Below are positions 20,101 through 29,301 of a stretch of DNA of 64,000 nucleotides, piece by piece. The notes under the pieces are model-generated. The model did not search any database, had not been told where the DNA came from, and saw only the letters and a program-made list of their open reading frames with translations. Where the stretch lies: contig CAZRCH010000003.1 of the NCBI GenBank assembly GCA_964598545.1, forward strand, positions 1,145 through 65,144. The letters run 5' to 3'. Positions within the stretch are counted from its first letter, which is position 1, and every line of letters starts with the position of its first letter. The position numbers and the translations under genes are program-made. This DNA is from an uncultured Methanolinea sp. (GTDB lineage Archaea; Halobacteriota; Methanomicrobia; Methanomicrobiales; Methanospirillaceae).

Positions 20101-21069
20101 CTATTGCTCCCACTCAACGGTCTCGTCCTTCTCTTCCGGTTTTTTGCCGCCAGTGTCGCGTCTCTTCTCCCGCTGGCCTCTTGCCACCGACTGGTCCTGT
20201 AGCTGCCGCGAGAGAGAGATTATCCCCGACGTGTCCCCGAGAGTCATAGTATCAAGGACAGAAGCCGGGACGATGACAAGGGTGGCCTTCTCCTTGAGGC
20301 CTTCGTAGAGCATGTTCATCGCCCGGAGGTGGAGGGCAGTCGGGTTGTCCTGGTAGGTCCTGGCCGCCTCCTCGAATTTTTCAGCCACCTGCCGCTCGGA
20401 GTCCCCAAGGATGACCCTGGCCTGGCGTTCGCGTTCAGCCTGCGCCTGCATTGACATCGCGTCCTGGAGTTCGGCAGGGATGAGCACGTCTCGTATCTCC
20501 ACCGATGAGACGTGAATGCCCCAGTGCTCGGCACGGCCCTCGATGATCCTCTGGAGCTCGAGGTCCAGTTTCTCCCTTCCTTCCAGCATCTCGGCAAGGT
20601 TCGACCTCCCGATCACCTCGCGAAGCGCAGTCTGGGCGGCCCAGCTCACGGCCGTCCGGTAGTCCTCGACCTCGAGTGCTGCCCGCTGCGGGTCGACCAC
20701 TTTCCAGAAGAGGACAGCCTCGACATCGACGGGAACGGTATCTTTCGTGAGGGTCTTTTCCGCCGTGAAGGACGTAGTAATGATACGGGTGTCTATCCAG
20801 TACGCGATCGTTTCGGCAAGAGGGGTGATGACAAACACCCCGGGGCCATAGAGCCCCTTGTATCTCCCGAGCCTGAGCACGACCGCTTTTTCCCACTGGT
20901 TGGCTATCTGGAGTGCCGCGGCAAGGTAAATGGCAATCACCAGTGCCGCAAGCGCAATTCCGAGATATATAGCCTGACCCGTGAAGGTATACAGCGAGTA
21001 CGCGGCCCAGAGTCCCAGCAGAAAGAGGATGAGAAAGACGGCTGCCTGGACAGGGTTTGGCTGTTTCAT
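20101..21069 (-). CDS. SPFH/band-7 (stomatin/slipin-like) membrane protein
   Basis: N-terminal TM segments, then VVLRLGRY...GPG..F..P, and the EAERERQARV-type coiled region typical of stomatin-like proteins. Confidence 0.85.
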   Translation of the reverse strand: MKQPNPVQAAVFLILFLLGLWAAYSLYTFTGQAIYLGIALAALVIAIYLAAALQIANQWEKAVVLRLGRYKGLYGPGVFVITPLAETIAYWIDTRIITTSFTAEKTLTKDTVPVDVEAVLFWKVVDPQRAALEVEDYRTAVSWAAQTALREVIGRSNLAEMLEGREKLDLELQRIIEGRAEHWGIHVSSVEIRDVLIPAELQDAMSMQAQAERERQARVILGDSERQVAEKFEEAARTYQDNPTALHLRAMNMLYEGLKEKATLVIVPASVLDTMTLGDTSGIISLSRQLQDQSVARGQREKRRDTGGKKPEEKDETVEWEQ

Positions 21070-21179
21070 ATCTCTGCACTCTTCCATTCTCATCCCATAA
21101 TGGTATGTATGCAGGAAACCAGATGGTTCTTTTTTTTAGAGAGATTGGTTTCCGGCGGTATGTTCCGGGCGCATCACTG

Positions 21180-21995
21180 TCAGGGGTCGGACTCGCTCTT
21201 CTGCTTCAGCAGGTCAAAGACGTATCGTGCCACCCCTGGCGCCACGTAACCGCAACGCCTGACCGTGCACACCCGAAGGTCTGCGTCTTCGTACTCCTTT
21301 GTGATGGCAGGGATCTGGGATGCACGCTTGAAGGTGTAAAAGTGGATCATCGCGCCTTCCCTGATATTCGGGAGGAGAGAAAAGAGCACCTGATCATATC
21401 CATATGGCGCCGGGACGATGGCCCGGTCAAACATTGCAGGGAGATCCGGGAGGATCTCCCCCACGTCACCTTCACGGATAACGACCCGTGAATCAACATG
21501 GTTGAGGATTGCATTCTCCCAAAGAAACCCGCAGGCCACCGGGTTTTTCTCAATCGCGGTCACGGTCGCACCACGGAATGCAGGCGGGATCACGAAAGGT
21601 CCGACCCCCGCAAACGGGACTATGACCTCTTCTTTGGGCTTTACCTGCATCCATACCCGGCAACGCTCGGATGCGAGCCTGGGCGAAAAGAATGTCTCCT
21701 TTATATTGAGACGATAGGAGAACCCGTACTCCCTGCTTACGGTGGTTGTTCCTCCACCCGCCAGCACCTCGATATCCGCCACCCGGAGATCACCCCTGGG
21801 GATCTCTGCCCTGCTGGCGATTGTGCGGATATTTCGGTGACGTGAGAGAAGTGCGCGTGCGAGATGGAACCTGACGTCATGCAGTTCCGGCGGGAGGGAA
21901 AGCACGGCAATGTCGCCGATGACCTGGAACCCGAATGGGATACCCCTTGCCTGTTCATCAAGGAGCAGACCCTGGAGTAGGTCTCTTGAGATCAT
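21180..21995 (-). CDS. Trm5/Taw22-family (Met-10+ like) SAM-dependent tRNA methyltransferase
   Basis: VIVPFAGVGPFVIP SAM-binding loop, AIEKNP, and a terminal VPAP in place of the NLP motif. Order and spacing are as in archaeal Trm5. Confidence 0.7.
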   Translation of the reverse strand: MISRDLLQGLLLDEQARGIPFGFQVIGDIAVLSLPPELHDVRFHLARALLSRHRNIRTIASRAEIPRGDLRVADIEVLAGGGTTTVSREYGFSYRLNIKETFFSPRLASERCRVWMQVKPKEEVIVPFAGVGPFVIPPAFRGATVTAIEKNPVACGFLWENAILNHVDSRVVIREGDVGEILPDLPAMFDRAIVPAPYGYDQVLFSLLPNIREGAMIHFYTFKRASQIPAITKEYEDADLRVCTVRRCGYVAPGVARYVFDLLKQKSESDP

Positions 21996-22094
21996 TGCAC
22001 CATAGGAGTGGATCTCTTACATTCCGGATAAATGCATGGAAAAGGGCCGACGGTTCTTCGAGAAGGATCCGTTCCCCCACTCCCGCGGCCGGTT

Positions 22095-22709
22095 TTATGA
22101 ACTGGTGAGATCTCGTGCCGGGTCAATTGTGATGGGGCCCATTTCCATGATCCTCCCCTCCTGGGAAAGGGTGGCAGAAGGCGGGGAATGGCCCTTCAGG
22201 TGTACTTTGAACTGGTAGGTGCGGGAAGTAAATTTTACCCAGGTCTCGCTCCCGCTGCAACGGACCGTATACAATCCCTGTGCCAGGACGTTCTCTCCCG
22301 AAAACTGCCCTTCTCTCTTGAAACTGAGATAAAATGAGCCGATTGTGACCTCCTCCCCTCCGAGGGTGGTCCTCTCCAGGATATGCATATCTACATCCTG
22401 GACGGCTATGTGGAATGGAGCGAGGAACTGCCTGAAGAAATCCACCTGGCACGCGAGATCATTATGTGAAATGACCTGGTGCGCAAGGAGAAACTGGAGC
22501 AGGATCTCCCCCATCCGGGAATCGCACCGTCCATTCACCGGTGTATCCCCCCAATCCCGGATTTCCATGCCCTGGGTGAAGGGGAGGCTGAAGTCATGAG
22601 TATACTCCCCACAGAAGTTGGTAGTGTCTGGTTCTTCCTGCATGATCGGCGAAGCATACTCTCTCCAGGGAACCCTGGCTCCAATGTGTGTATTGGGTGC
22701 AGGGGTCAA
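22095..22709 (-). CDS. hypothetical protein
   Basis: Longest ORF (204 aa) in this interval. No recognisable motifs. Shorter ORFs compete on the other strand. Confidence 0.35.
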   Translation of the reverse strand: MTPAPNTHIGARVPWREYASPIMQEEPDTTNFCGEYTHDFSLPFTQGMEIRDWGDTPVNGRCDSRMGEILLQFLLAHQVISHNDLACQVDFFRQFLAPFHIAVQDVDMHILERTTLGGEEVTIGSFYLSFKREGQFSGENVLAQGLYTVRCSGSETWVKFTSRTYQFKVHLKGHSPPSATLSQEGRIMEMGPITIDPARDLTSS

Positions 22710-22795
22710 TATTTATCACGGGGTTTCATATTCATCGCTGCGATGAATATTCATCATCACAATGAATGTGAATCTATTTGGCGATTCTTCTCCTC

Positions 22796-23719
22796 ATGGA
22801 ATATGCAGGATCATACCCCCATGAGGCTCCAGCACAGCATGAAAGGCGCTCCTTGTTTGAATTTCTCGAAAAAACCTGGGAATTCTTCCTCTACAGCTCA
22901 CTCTATCTCGGCGCAGCAGCGGTAGGAATGGCATACATCTCCTGCCTCATCCAGGGAGCCGGTTTTTCCCTTCCCGTCGCCTCGACACTCGGTCTCGTGG
23001 TCTTTTCGGTGTATAACCTGAACCGGAAGACGGACGAGGCCGAGGATGCGCTCAACCATGCCAGTCGTCACAGGATCACAAGCTCGTTCTCCCGGCCGCT
23101 CCTTGGAATGGCAATTGCCGCGTATGCGGCTGCCCTCTGCATCGCCGCATGTTCCGGAACCGCTGCCATTGCCATCGCCGTTCTGCCCCTCGTTGCAGGG
23201 TTGGTCTACAGCCTGCCGTTTCTTCCCAGGGCATCGGCATACCGGCGTATCAAGGAGATCCCGGTCTGCAAGAACCTTGTCGTCTCATTTGCCTGGGGGG
23301 TCACTTTCTCCCTTCTGCCTGTGGCGATGAACGGCATCGAAGCTGGACCCGTATCCCTTCTTGCATTCATCTTCATCTTCTCCTGGACCTTTATTGCATC
23401 CGTCATTCCCGACATAAGGGACAGGGCCGGCGATGCCGCAACGGGTGTGATGACGATCCCGGTCCTCTGTGGTGTTGAGGATACACGAACGCTCCTCTCT
23501 GCGTTCAACCTTCTGTCGGGGATTATCCTCGTAATCCTCGGAGCAGATCTCCTTTCCGCGGGCTCTGCGGCTGTGATCGCCTTTTCACTCCTCTACTCGC
23601 AGGCCTGCATCCTCGCCATTGGCCGCACGGACTATGATAGTTTCATCTGCGACGTGGTTTCAGACGGGCAGTTCCTTGTGATCGCACTTGCAGGGTTCAT
23701 TTTCATGCGGGGAATGTAA
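22796..23719 (+). CDS. UbiA-family prenyltransferase
   Basis: Polytopic membrane protein with two Asp-rich motifs (NLNRKTDEAED; DIRDRAGD). ATG 22796 or TTG 22778. Confidence 0.75.
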   Translation: MEYAGSYPHEAPAQHERRSLFEFLEKTWEFFLYSSLYLGAAAVGMAYISCLIQGAGFSLPVASTLGLVVFSVYNLNRKTDEAEDALNHASRHRITSSFSRPLLGMAIAAYAAALCIAACSGTAAIAIAVLPLVAGLVYSLPFLPRASAYRRIKEIPVCKNLVVSFAWGVTFSLLPVAMNGIEAGPVSLLAFIFIFSWTFIASVIPDIRDRAGDAATGVMTIPVLCGVEDTRTLLSAFNLLSGIILVILGADLLSAGSAAVIAFSLLYSQACILAIGRTDYDSFICDVVSDGQFLVIALAGFIFMRGM

Positions 23720-23819
23720 GACATGGGAATAGAATGGATATACTGAACCAGTGTAGTGCAGTTTTCTCCCGACACCGATCGAATGACATATTTTCCGGTT
23801 TGTGATATGTGTACCATGT

Positions 23820-24644
23820 ATGGATATCCTGGAGATTTACCATCAGCATTCCAGGCTGATCCACTCCATCTACAACTCGCGCCTTAAAATCCAGGTGCTG
23901 CTGACCCTGTGCCAGGGGAAGGCCTCGCTCTCGAAACTCCGGAGCATCACCGGGAGCACGTCCCAGGCCATTATTCCCAAGATCCGGAACCTCGAGGCGC
24001 TTGCGCTCGTGGAGGCGGAAGGGTATGAATACCGCCTGAGCACGCTCGGGCGAGTGGTTGCCAACGAAGTGAAGGCCTACGTGACCCTCATGGGGGGGAT
24101 CGCCTCTCACCAGCAGTTCTGGGTCACCCACGACCTCTCAGGGCTCCCTCCCCGGTTCCTTGCACGGATCGGCGACCTCCAGGGATCGCATATCCAGACC
24201 GATACGACCGTGGACATGTTCTCGGTCTACACCCATTACCTTGCCATTATCAAGGAGGCCCGCTATATCCATGGAATCTCCTCCGTCGCAAGCCCCGGTC
24301 TTGCGCAGTTCCTTGCTGAAAAGGTCAACGAGGGGGTGCCGGTCGAGCTCGTCGTCAACGAAGAGGTGATCGATATCCTGAAGCAGGAGCCCTATGCGGG
24401 CCATATGAAAGCCCTTGCCTCATCACAGAACTTCCATGTCTGGGTGACAGGGGAGTGCCTGAGGGTGGGGCTTACCGTGACCGACAGGAACCTCTCGCTC
24501 GGACTCTTCAAGAGGGAGAGCAACCTCTATGACAGCTCGTCCGACCTCTTCAGCGATGATCCCGAAGCAGTCGCCTGGGGCGAAGACCTCTTTTTATATT
24601 ACCGCAAGCGCAGTATACCCCTCGATATCTCATCCCTTTTTTGA
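23820..24644 (+). CDS. winged-helix transcriptional regulator with a DUF1724 C-terminal domain (FilR1-like)
   Basis: N-terminal wHTH (RLKIQVLLTLCQGKASLSKL...TSQAIIPKIRNLEALALV) plus a long C-terminal domain, as in methanogen DUF1724 regulators. Confidence 0.7.
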   Translation: MDILEIYHQHSRLIHSIYNSRLKIQVLLTLCQGKASLSKLRSITGSTSQAIIPKIRNLEALALVEAEGYEYRLSTLGRVVANEVKAYVTLMGGIASHQQFWVTHDLSGLPPRFLARIGDLQGSHIQTDTTVDMFSVYTHYLAIIKEARYIHGISSVASPGLAQFLAEKVNEGVPVELVVNEEVIDILKQEPYAGHMKALASSQNFHVWVTGECLRVGLTVTDRNLSLGLFKRESNLYDSSSDLFSDDPEAVAWGEDLFLYYRKRSIPLDISSLF

Positions 24645-24683
24645 AGCAGGACAAAAAGATTTGGCCAGGCGATATCCGCCTGT

Positions 24684-25310
24684 TCAGCCATCCAGGATCC
24701 ATGCACCAGCAGTCGCAAGGTAATAGGCACCAAAGGCCATGAGGAAGATCCCACAACCGCGCAGTACCCAGGCATACCTCCTCTCGTCAAAGACCCGCCG
24801 TCCCTGGTGGACGCTCGTCGAGACGATGGTGTACCACCCGAAGTCGGCCGACCAGTGCCCTATCAGGAACGCGAAGGCGAACGGAAACGCTTTCTGTGCT
24901 GCGGCAAGGACCAGTGCGCTTCCGACCGAGAACCACCACATCCAGAAGTACGGGTTCGAAACGCTGGTAAGGGCACCCGCCAGGTACGGGTTTATGAACG
25001 CCTGGTCAGCCTTCCCTTCAGGTATCGCCCTCCCCGCCCCCCTGATGGTCAGTATACCGAAGACCAGGAGCGCGACACCCCCGACTGCCGCTATGAACGT
25101 CGTATACTCCTGCAATGCGGTCACCGACCCGAGCCCGAGGATGATGAGGAGAAATATTGCTGCCTCGATGACTGCATGGCCTGCCATGACACGTGGGCCC
25201 GTGCTCCACCCGCCCCTTGCCGTTGAGTTGATTGTGGCAACGAGCGTGGGGCCGGGGACAAGCGCCCCGGTAAGGCCTATGACAAGGCCGAGGAGGAATG
25301 TCTGGAGCAT
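24684..25310 (-). CDS. LysE/RhtB-family amino-acid exporter
   Basis: 208 aa, six hydrophobic segments, N-terminal FLLGLVIGLTGALVPGP motif. Confidence 0.8.
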   Translation of the reverse strand: MLQTFLLGLVIGLTGALVPGPTLVATINSTARGGWSTGPRVMAGHAVIEAAIFLLIILGLGSVTALQEYTTFIAAVGGVALLVFGILTIRGAGRAIPEGKADQAFINPYLAGALTSVSNPYFWMWWFSVGSALVLAAAQKAFPFAFAFLIGHWSADFGWYTIVSTSVHQGRRVFDERRYAWVLRGCGIFLMAFGAYYLATAGAWILDG

Positions 25311-25556
25311 GGTGCGGTCTCTCTCCTGACTGGGTTTTGATGTTGGGAGATAATGGGATATTTGGTCTTCCAGTCATCAAAGAGGTGCCCCCCGTATCAT
25401 ACCTTCTGTACATCTCCCTGCTCCGGATCGAAGCATCCTTGCTTGATGGTATTCAACCAATTCCTCATGCACAGAAATCTGCCGGGTGCCATATCATCCG
25501 CCCACGCGACTTGCAGTCTGAGTATATCAGCCCGAATGCAGCCCGGGTGATGTCCC

Positions 25557-26168
25557 TTGCCTTTTGAGACTCCGGGCACCCTTCTTTTTGCGATGACAAC
25601 ACTTGCCGGGCAGATCGATTCCTGCCGGAAATGCGGGCTGGCTGTCTCGCGGACACAGACGGTTCCCGGCGAAGGCCCTGCCCCCTGCCGTGTGATGCTT
25701 ATAGGAGAGGGGCCGGGAAAAAAGGAGGATGAGTGCGGGAGACCTTTTGTGGGACGGGCAGGGGCGATCCTCTCTGACCTTCTCGCCCGAATCGACCTCT
25801 CGCGCGAAGAGGTGTTCATCACCAGCGTGGTGAAGTGCCGTCCGCCAGGAAACCGGGCCCCCGGAAAGGAGGAGATTGCTGCCTGTATGCCTTTCCTCGA
25901 TCGTCAGATAGCAATCCTCTCGCCGGTGATCCTCGTCCCCATGGGAAGGGTTGCTTCCACGGCGATCTTTTCGAGGTATGGCGTTGCCTTCCCTTCGTTC
26001 AAGGAAGTCAGGGGAAAGAGATTCCCTGTCAGTGAAAAGGAGACGGGACGGGAGATGAGCATCATCCCTGTCTATCACCCGGCAGTGATCACCCACAACC
26101 CCCCTGCCCGTGCAGCCCTGGAAGAAGACTTCATGAGGCTTGGAGAAATACTCCACACTCTCCATTGA
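25557..26168 (+). CDS. family 4 uracil-DNA glycosylase
   Basis: CRKCGL...GEGPGKKEDECGRPFVGRAG and the late PVYHPA motif. The start may instead be ATG 25593. Confidence 0.88.
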   Translation: MPFETPGTLLFAMTTLAGQIDSCRKCGLAVSRTQTVPGEGPAPCRVMLIGEGPGKKEDECGRPFVGRAGAILSDLLARIDLSREEVFITSVVKCRPPGNRAPGKEEIAACMPFLDRQIAILSPVILVPMGRVASTAIFSRYGVAFPSFKEVRGKRFPVSEKETGREMSIIPVYHPAVITHNPPARAALEEDFMRLGEILHTLH

Positions 26169-26354
26169 GAACGCGACTGCGCCAGATGCAGGAGCCGGCA
26201 CTCTTTCTTGATACATACTCCCAGTATTCTGCTGGTCAAAAAGTGCCGTTGAGTTTGGGAGTCCGTCCGGAACCCAGGAGATCCCGGTTTTCAAAACAAG
26301 GGTAACCTGAAAAGAATGATGGACCCGGGGGGGATGTCTCCCTTTTCCAGGTGT

Positions 26355-27143
26355 TCAGGGTAATTTCGCCGAGGCCTTTTTCGCCAGGTCAAATGCGAGG
26401 AGTTCGTCTGCATCGGTGCCGATGATCATGATAATCTCATACAGGTTTCCTTTTCCGAATATGACCAGGAATCCATGGAGCGGGGCTTCGGTTGAGGGGA
26501 ATTCGAAACGATACGCCACACTTGCATCGCCGAGGGCCGTCGCCGCAAGTTCGGCAGGGCTGCCTGCTGCAATCTCAGGGAACTGGTCCATCAGAACATC
26601 ATTCAGCGTCTCTTTGGTTGCAGTCAATGTATAGCGAGAGATCATCTGGTCAACGAGTGTAGTGTTCTGTGCATCCCCGGTGACCATCGAGATTGAATAG
26701 CCGCCGAGGTAGCAGAACTCGCCGGCTGGGCAGTCATCATCCCCGGGGAGCATCGCTCCTTCGTGAATCAGGGTATATCCTTCAGGAAAATCGGATGAGT
26801 TGAGGAGATATCCCTGCAATTCAGTTACCGCAGGAGGGGAAAGGTCAGGACTGTCAGGAGGAGTATCAACACCAGTCCCTGCAGGTTCTGCCTCTGGGAT
26901 AGGAGACACCGCGACGCCGGTGGTTGGAGGCAGGGTATGCGGGGATGTGGGTGGGGAAGGGGTATCAGGGGTCGCGATCTCGCCTGCCCCGGTTTGTTCC
27001 ACTGCAGGGACGGGAGATGTCGCAACACTCGTAGCCGGGGGCAGGGTGTGCGGGGTTGGAGAGGAATTCGTGGTGCACCCTGCTGCAAAAGCCAGGACTA
27101 CCGCAAGGAAGATGATAAGATTCAGACCGATTGCGTTTTTCAT
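26355..27143 (-). CDS. secreted lipoprotein-like protein with a Pro/Thr-rich tandem repeat linker
   Basis: Signal peptide plus lipobox-like AFAAGC, then two ~36-aa repeats (SP.PHTLPP.T.VA.SP.P...G.G), then a globular C-terminal domain. Confidence 0.7.
   Translation of the reverse strand: MKNAIGLNLIIFLAVVLAFAAGCTTNSSPTPHTLPPATSVATSPVPAVEQTGAGEIATPDTPSPPTSPHTLPPTTGVAVSPIPEAEPAGTGVDTPPDSPDLSPPAVTELQGYLLNSSDFPEGYTLIHEGAMLPGDDDCPAGEFCYLGGYSISMVTGDAQNTTLVDQMISRYTLTATKETLNDVLMDQFPEIAAGSPAELAATALGDASVAYRFEFPSTEAPLHGFLVIFGKGNLYEIIMIIGTDADELLAFDLAKKASAKLP
26843..27065. repeat. imperfect tandem duplication (~108 nt unit x2) encoding the Pro/Thr-rich linker
   Basis: Peptide repeat TPHTLPPATSVATSPVPAVEQTGAGEIATPDTPSP / SPHTLPPTTGVAVSPIPEAEPAGTGVDTPPDSPDL. 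Coordinates are approximate. Confidence 0.6.
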
Positions 27144-27320
27144 GTATGACCTCAGTTACAAAGGCATTTTTTTCGGTATAAAAATAGTTCGCTTTATTCC
27201 GGTATGTCTTTCACTTATCCCGCAGGAGCACGCGCTCTTTTCCGTGATTTGAATATGAACATCGTTCCTCCATTTTCATTTTTTATGCGTGTGTCTCGAT
27301 GAGAGTCATGTGATTTTTCT

Positions 27321-27944
27321 CTAGTCCATCACATGTGCCAGTATATCCGGCATGGCATCCGAGATCCCATTCAGGATGAACTGTATCGCAATGGCAAGGA
27401 CGAATACGGCAAGGAACTTGGTGATGATCCGCAGCTCCTGTTCGCCGATGAACCCAAGTATCCTCGATGAGTACTTCATCGCGATGTAAGATGCCCCGAT
27501 TGCGACCAGGACCGCGACGATCACCAGGAGGCTCTCGAGTATTCCCACAGCCTGTGACGAGATCAGTATCACTACCGTGATCGTCCCGGCACCGCAGGTG
27601 AGCGGAAATGCGAGCGGCACCACGGCAATGTTCTCGAGTTCATCAGGGGAATACACCTCCTTTTTTGCCGACAGCATCCCTGTTGCAAACGAGACGAGGA
27701 GGATACCCCCCGCAATCTTGAATGCAGGGAGAGTGAGCCCGAGGACAGTGAAGATTAACTGGCCGGTCAGAGCGAAGAATATCAGCACCACAACCGATAT
27801 CCGAAGCGAGTTGATCATCACCTCTCTCTGCTGCTCAGGGGTGAACCTCTCGGTCAGGATCGAGAAGACCGCCGCAGTGCTGACCGGGTTCATGATCGCG
27901 ATGACCGATGTGATTGCAACTATGAGAAACTCGACGGCCGACAT
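27321..27944 (-). CDS. MarC-family integral membrane protein
   Basis: 207 aa, six TM segments, N-terminal IAIMNPVSTAAVF motif typical of MarC/UPF0056. Confidence 0.8.
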   Translation of the reverse strand: MSAVEFLIVAITSVIAIMNPVSTAAVFSILTERFTPEQQREVMINSLRISVVVLIFFALTGQLIFTVLGLTLPAFKIAGGILLVSFATGMLSAKKEVYSPDELENIAVVPLAFPLTCGAGTITVVILISSQAVGILESLLVIVAVLVAIGASYIAMKYSSRILGFIGEQELRIITKFLAVFVLAIAIQFILNGISDAMPDILAHVMD

Positions 27945-28064
27945 GTCCAGGGTTTTACAAGGGCATGGATGGAAGAACAGATATACTTTCTGAGATACGG
28001 CATGCCATTACGGGCTAAAACCCGTAATGTGTGAAAAAAAAGGAATGGTTTCGAAGAGATCAGG

Positions 28065-28442
28065 TCAGGACTTCCCGAAGTACCTTTTCACGTTCGCCTG
28101 GAAGAGGTACCAGAGAATGATTCCCGAGATGATGATCCCGATCAGTGCTCCCATGCCACTGGTGAAAAGGTCAATAATCCCCATTACCAGGCTGATAATA
28201 GTGATGATGACCCCTACCGTCCATACCCAGCCCCATGCCTTGAAGCATCCGATACCGAGGATGATCTCGATAATTCCGACGATTATCAGGATAAAACCTA
28301 ATACAAGGCCGATTACCCCCCCGATCGGGCCTCCGATTACTGCACCGAATGCTGCGGCGCCGAGTCCGCCGAGCAGCATGATCAATCCCCCGATTATCCA
28401 GAGGATACCGATAATGGTGACTCCCAATGGTCTTTCTGCCAT
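28065..28442 (-). CDS. small 4-TM membrane protein, paralog A
   Basis: Starts MAERPLGVTIIGILWIIGGL and ends ILWYLFQANVKRYFGKS. Close paralog of the neighbouring gene. Confidence 0.7.
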   Translation of the reverse strand: MAERPLGVTIIGILWIIGGLIMLLGGLGAAAFGAVIGGPIGGVIGLVLGFILIIVGIIEIILGIGCFKAWGWVWTVGVIITIISLVMGIIDLFTSGMGALIGIIISGIILWYLFQANVKRYFGKS

Positions 28443-28560
28443 ATCTGTGGCTTTAATGAGGGAGATGATAAAGATATGGTCGATTCAGGCAAGACAGCGA
28501 ACCTTTTAGGTTACCGGGATGAGGATGGAGCAGGAGTGGTTTCCAGCCCCAGTGGTCCGA

Positions 28561-28917
28561 TCAGGTCTTCCCAAAGTATGCTTTCACATTAGGCCTGAAG
28601 AGATACCATAGGATGATTGCAGAGATAACGATACTGATGAGACCGGTAGAGAAGAAACTGGCGAATCCCATGATCAGGTCGATGATGGTGATAACAACCC
28701 CTGCGGTCCATACCCAACTCCATGCACTGAACGCACCAATGCCGAGAATGATTCCCAGTATTCCAAGAATCAGGTAGACAAAGCCGAATGGTTCCATGAG
28801 CGGACCAAGCGTCTCGCCGAAGAGAACCACAAAGCCGATTCCCCCAAACAGCGTGACCAGCCCGCCAATGATCCAGAGAATCGCAACAATCGTGACGCCT
28901 AACGGTCTTTCTGCCAT
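28561..28917 (-). CDS. small 4-TM membrane protein, paralog B
   Basis: Starts MAERPLGVTIVAILWIIGGL and ends ILWYLFRPNVKAYFGKT. Confidence 0.7.
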   Translation of the reverse strand: MAERPLGVTIVAILWIIGGLVTLFGGIGFVVLFGETLGPLMEPFGFVYLILGILGIILGIGAFSAWSWVWTAGVVITIIDLIMGFASFFSTGLISIVISAIILWYLFRPNVKAYFGKT

Positions 28918-29301
28918 AAATGAAGCATCACGATAAAAGCTGATAATAGTATGGGCTGAAGACGATATGAATATATAAATCGTTCCATTTTTCGAAAGGA
29001 GGGATCATTCCCCCATGATGTGTTGAAATTCCTGGAGTTACCCTGCTGGGTTGAAGCCATACACTAAAGAAATATATCCCTGCCGTCAATCGGAAATTTA
29101 TCATGTTCAAAACCTTATTTGGACACCTGCACCTGTTTCTATTATCGATTCAGAGAGTGAAAGAGCGATATATTGGAAGGTCACTTATTCTCTTTATTAT
29201 TAAAATAGATATGACAGTGAAGGGATCTTATTGTTCTTTCAGATAAGGACCTTTTCTTCGATAAATATCATATGGATTCAAGGGAAAGTGACAAAGGTTG
29301 A

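Noticed and set aside
25527-26294. 255-aa minus-strand ORF
   Set aside because: Antisense to the family 4 UDG with the canonical GEGPG..ED..G.PFVG.AG motif.
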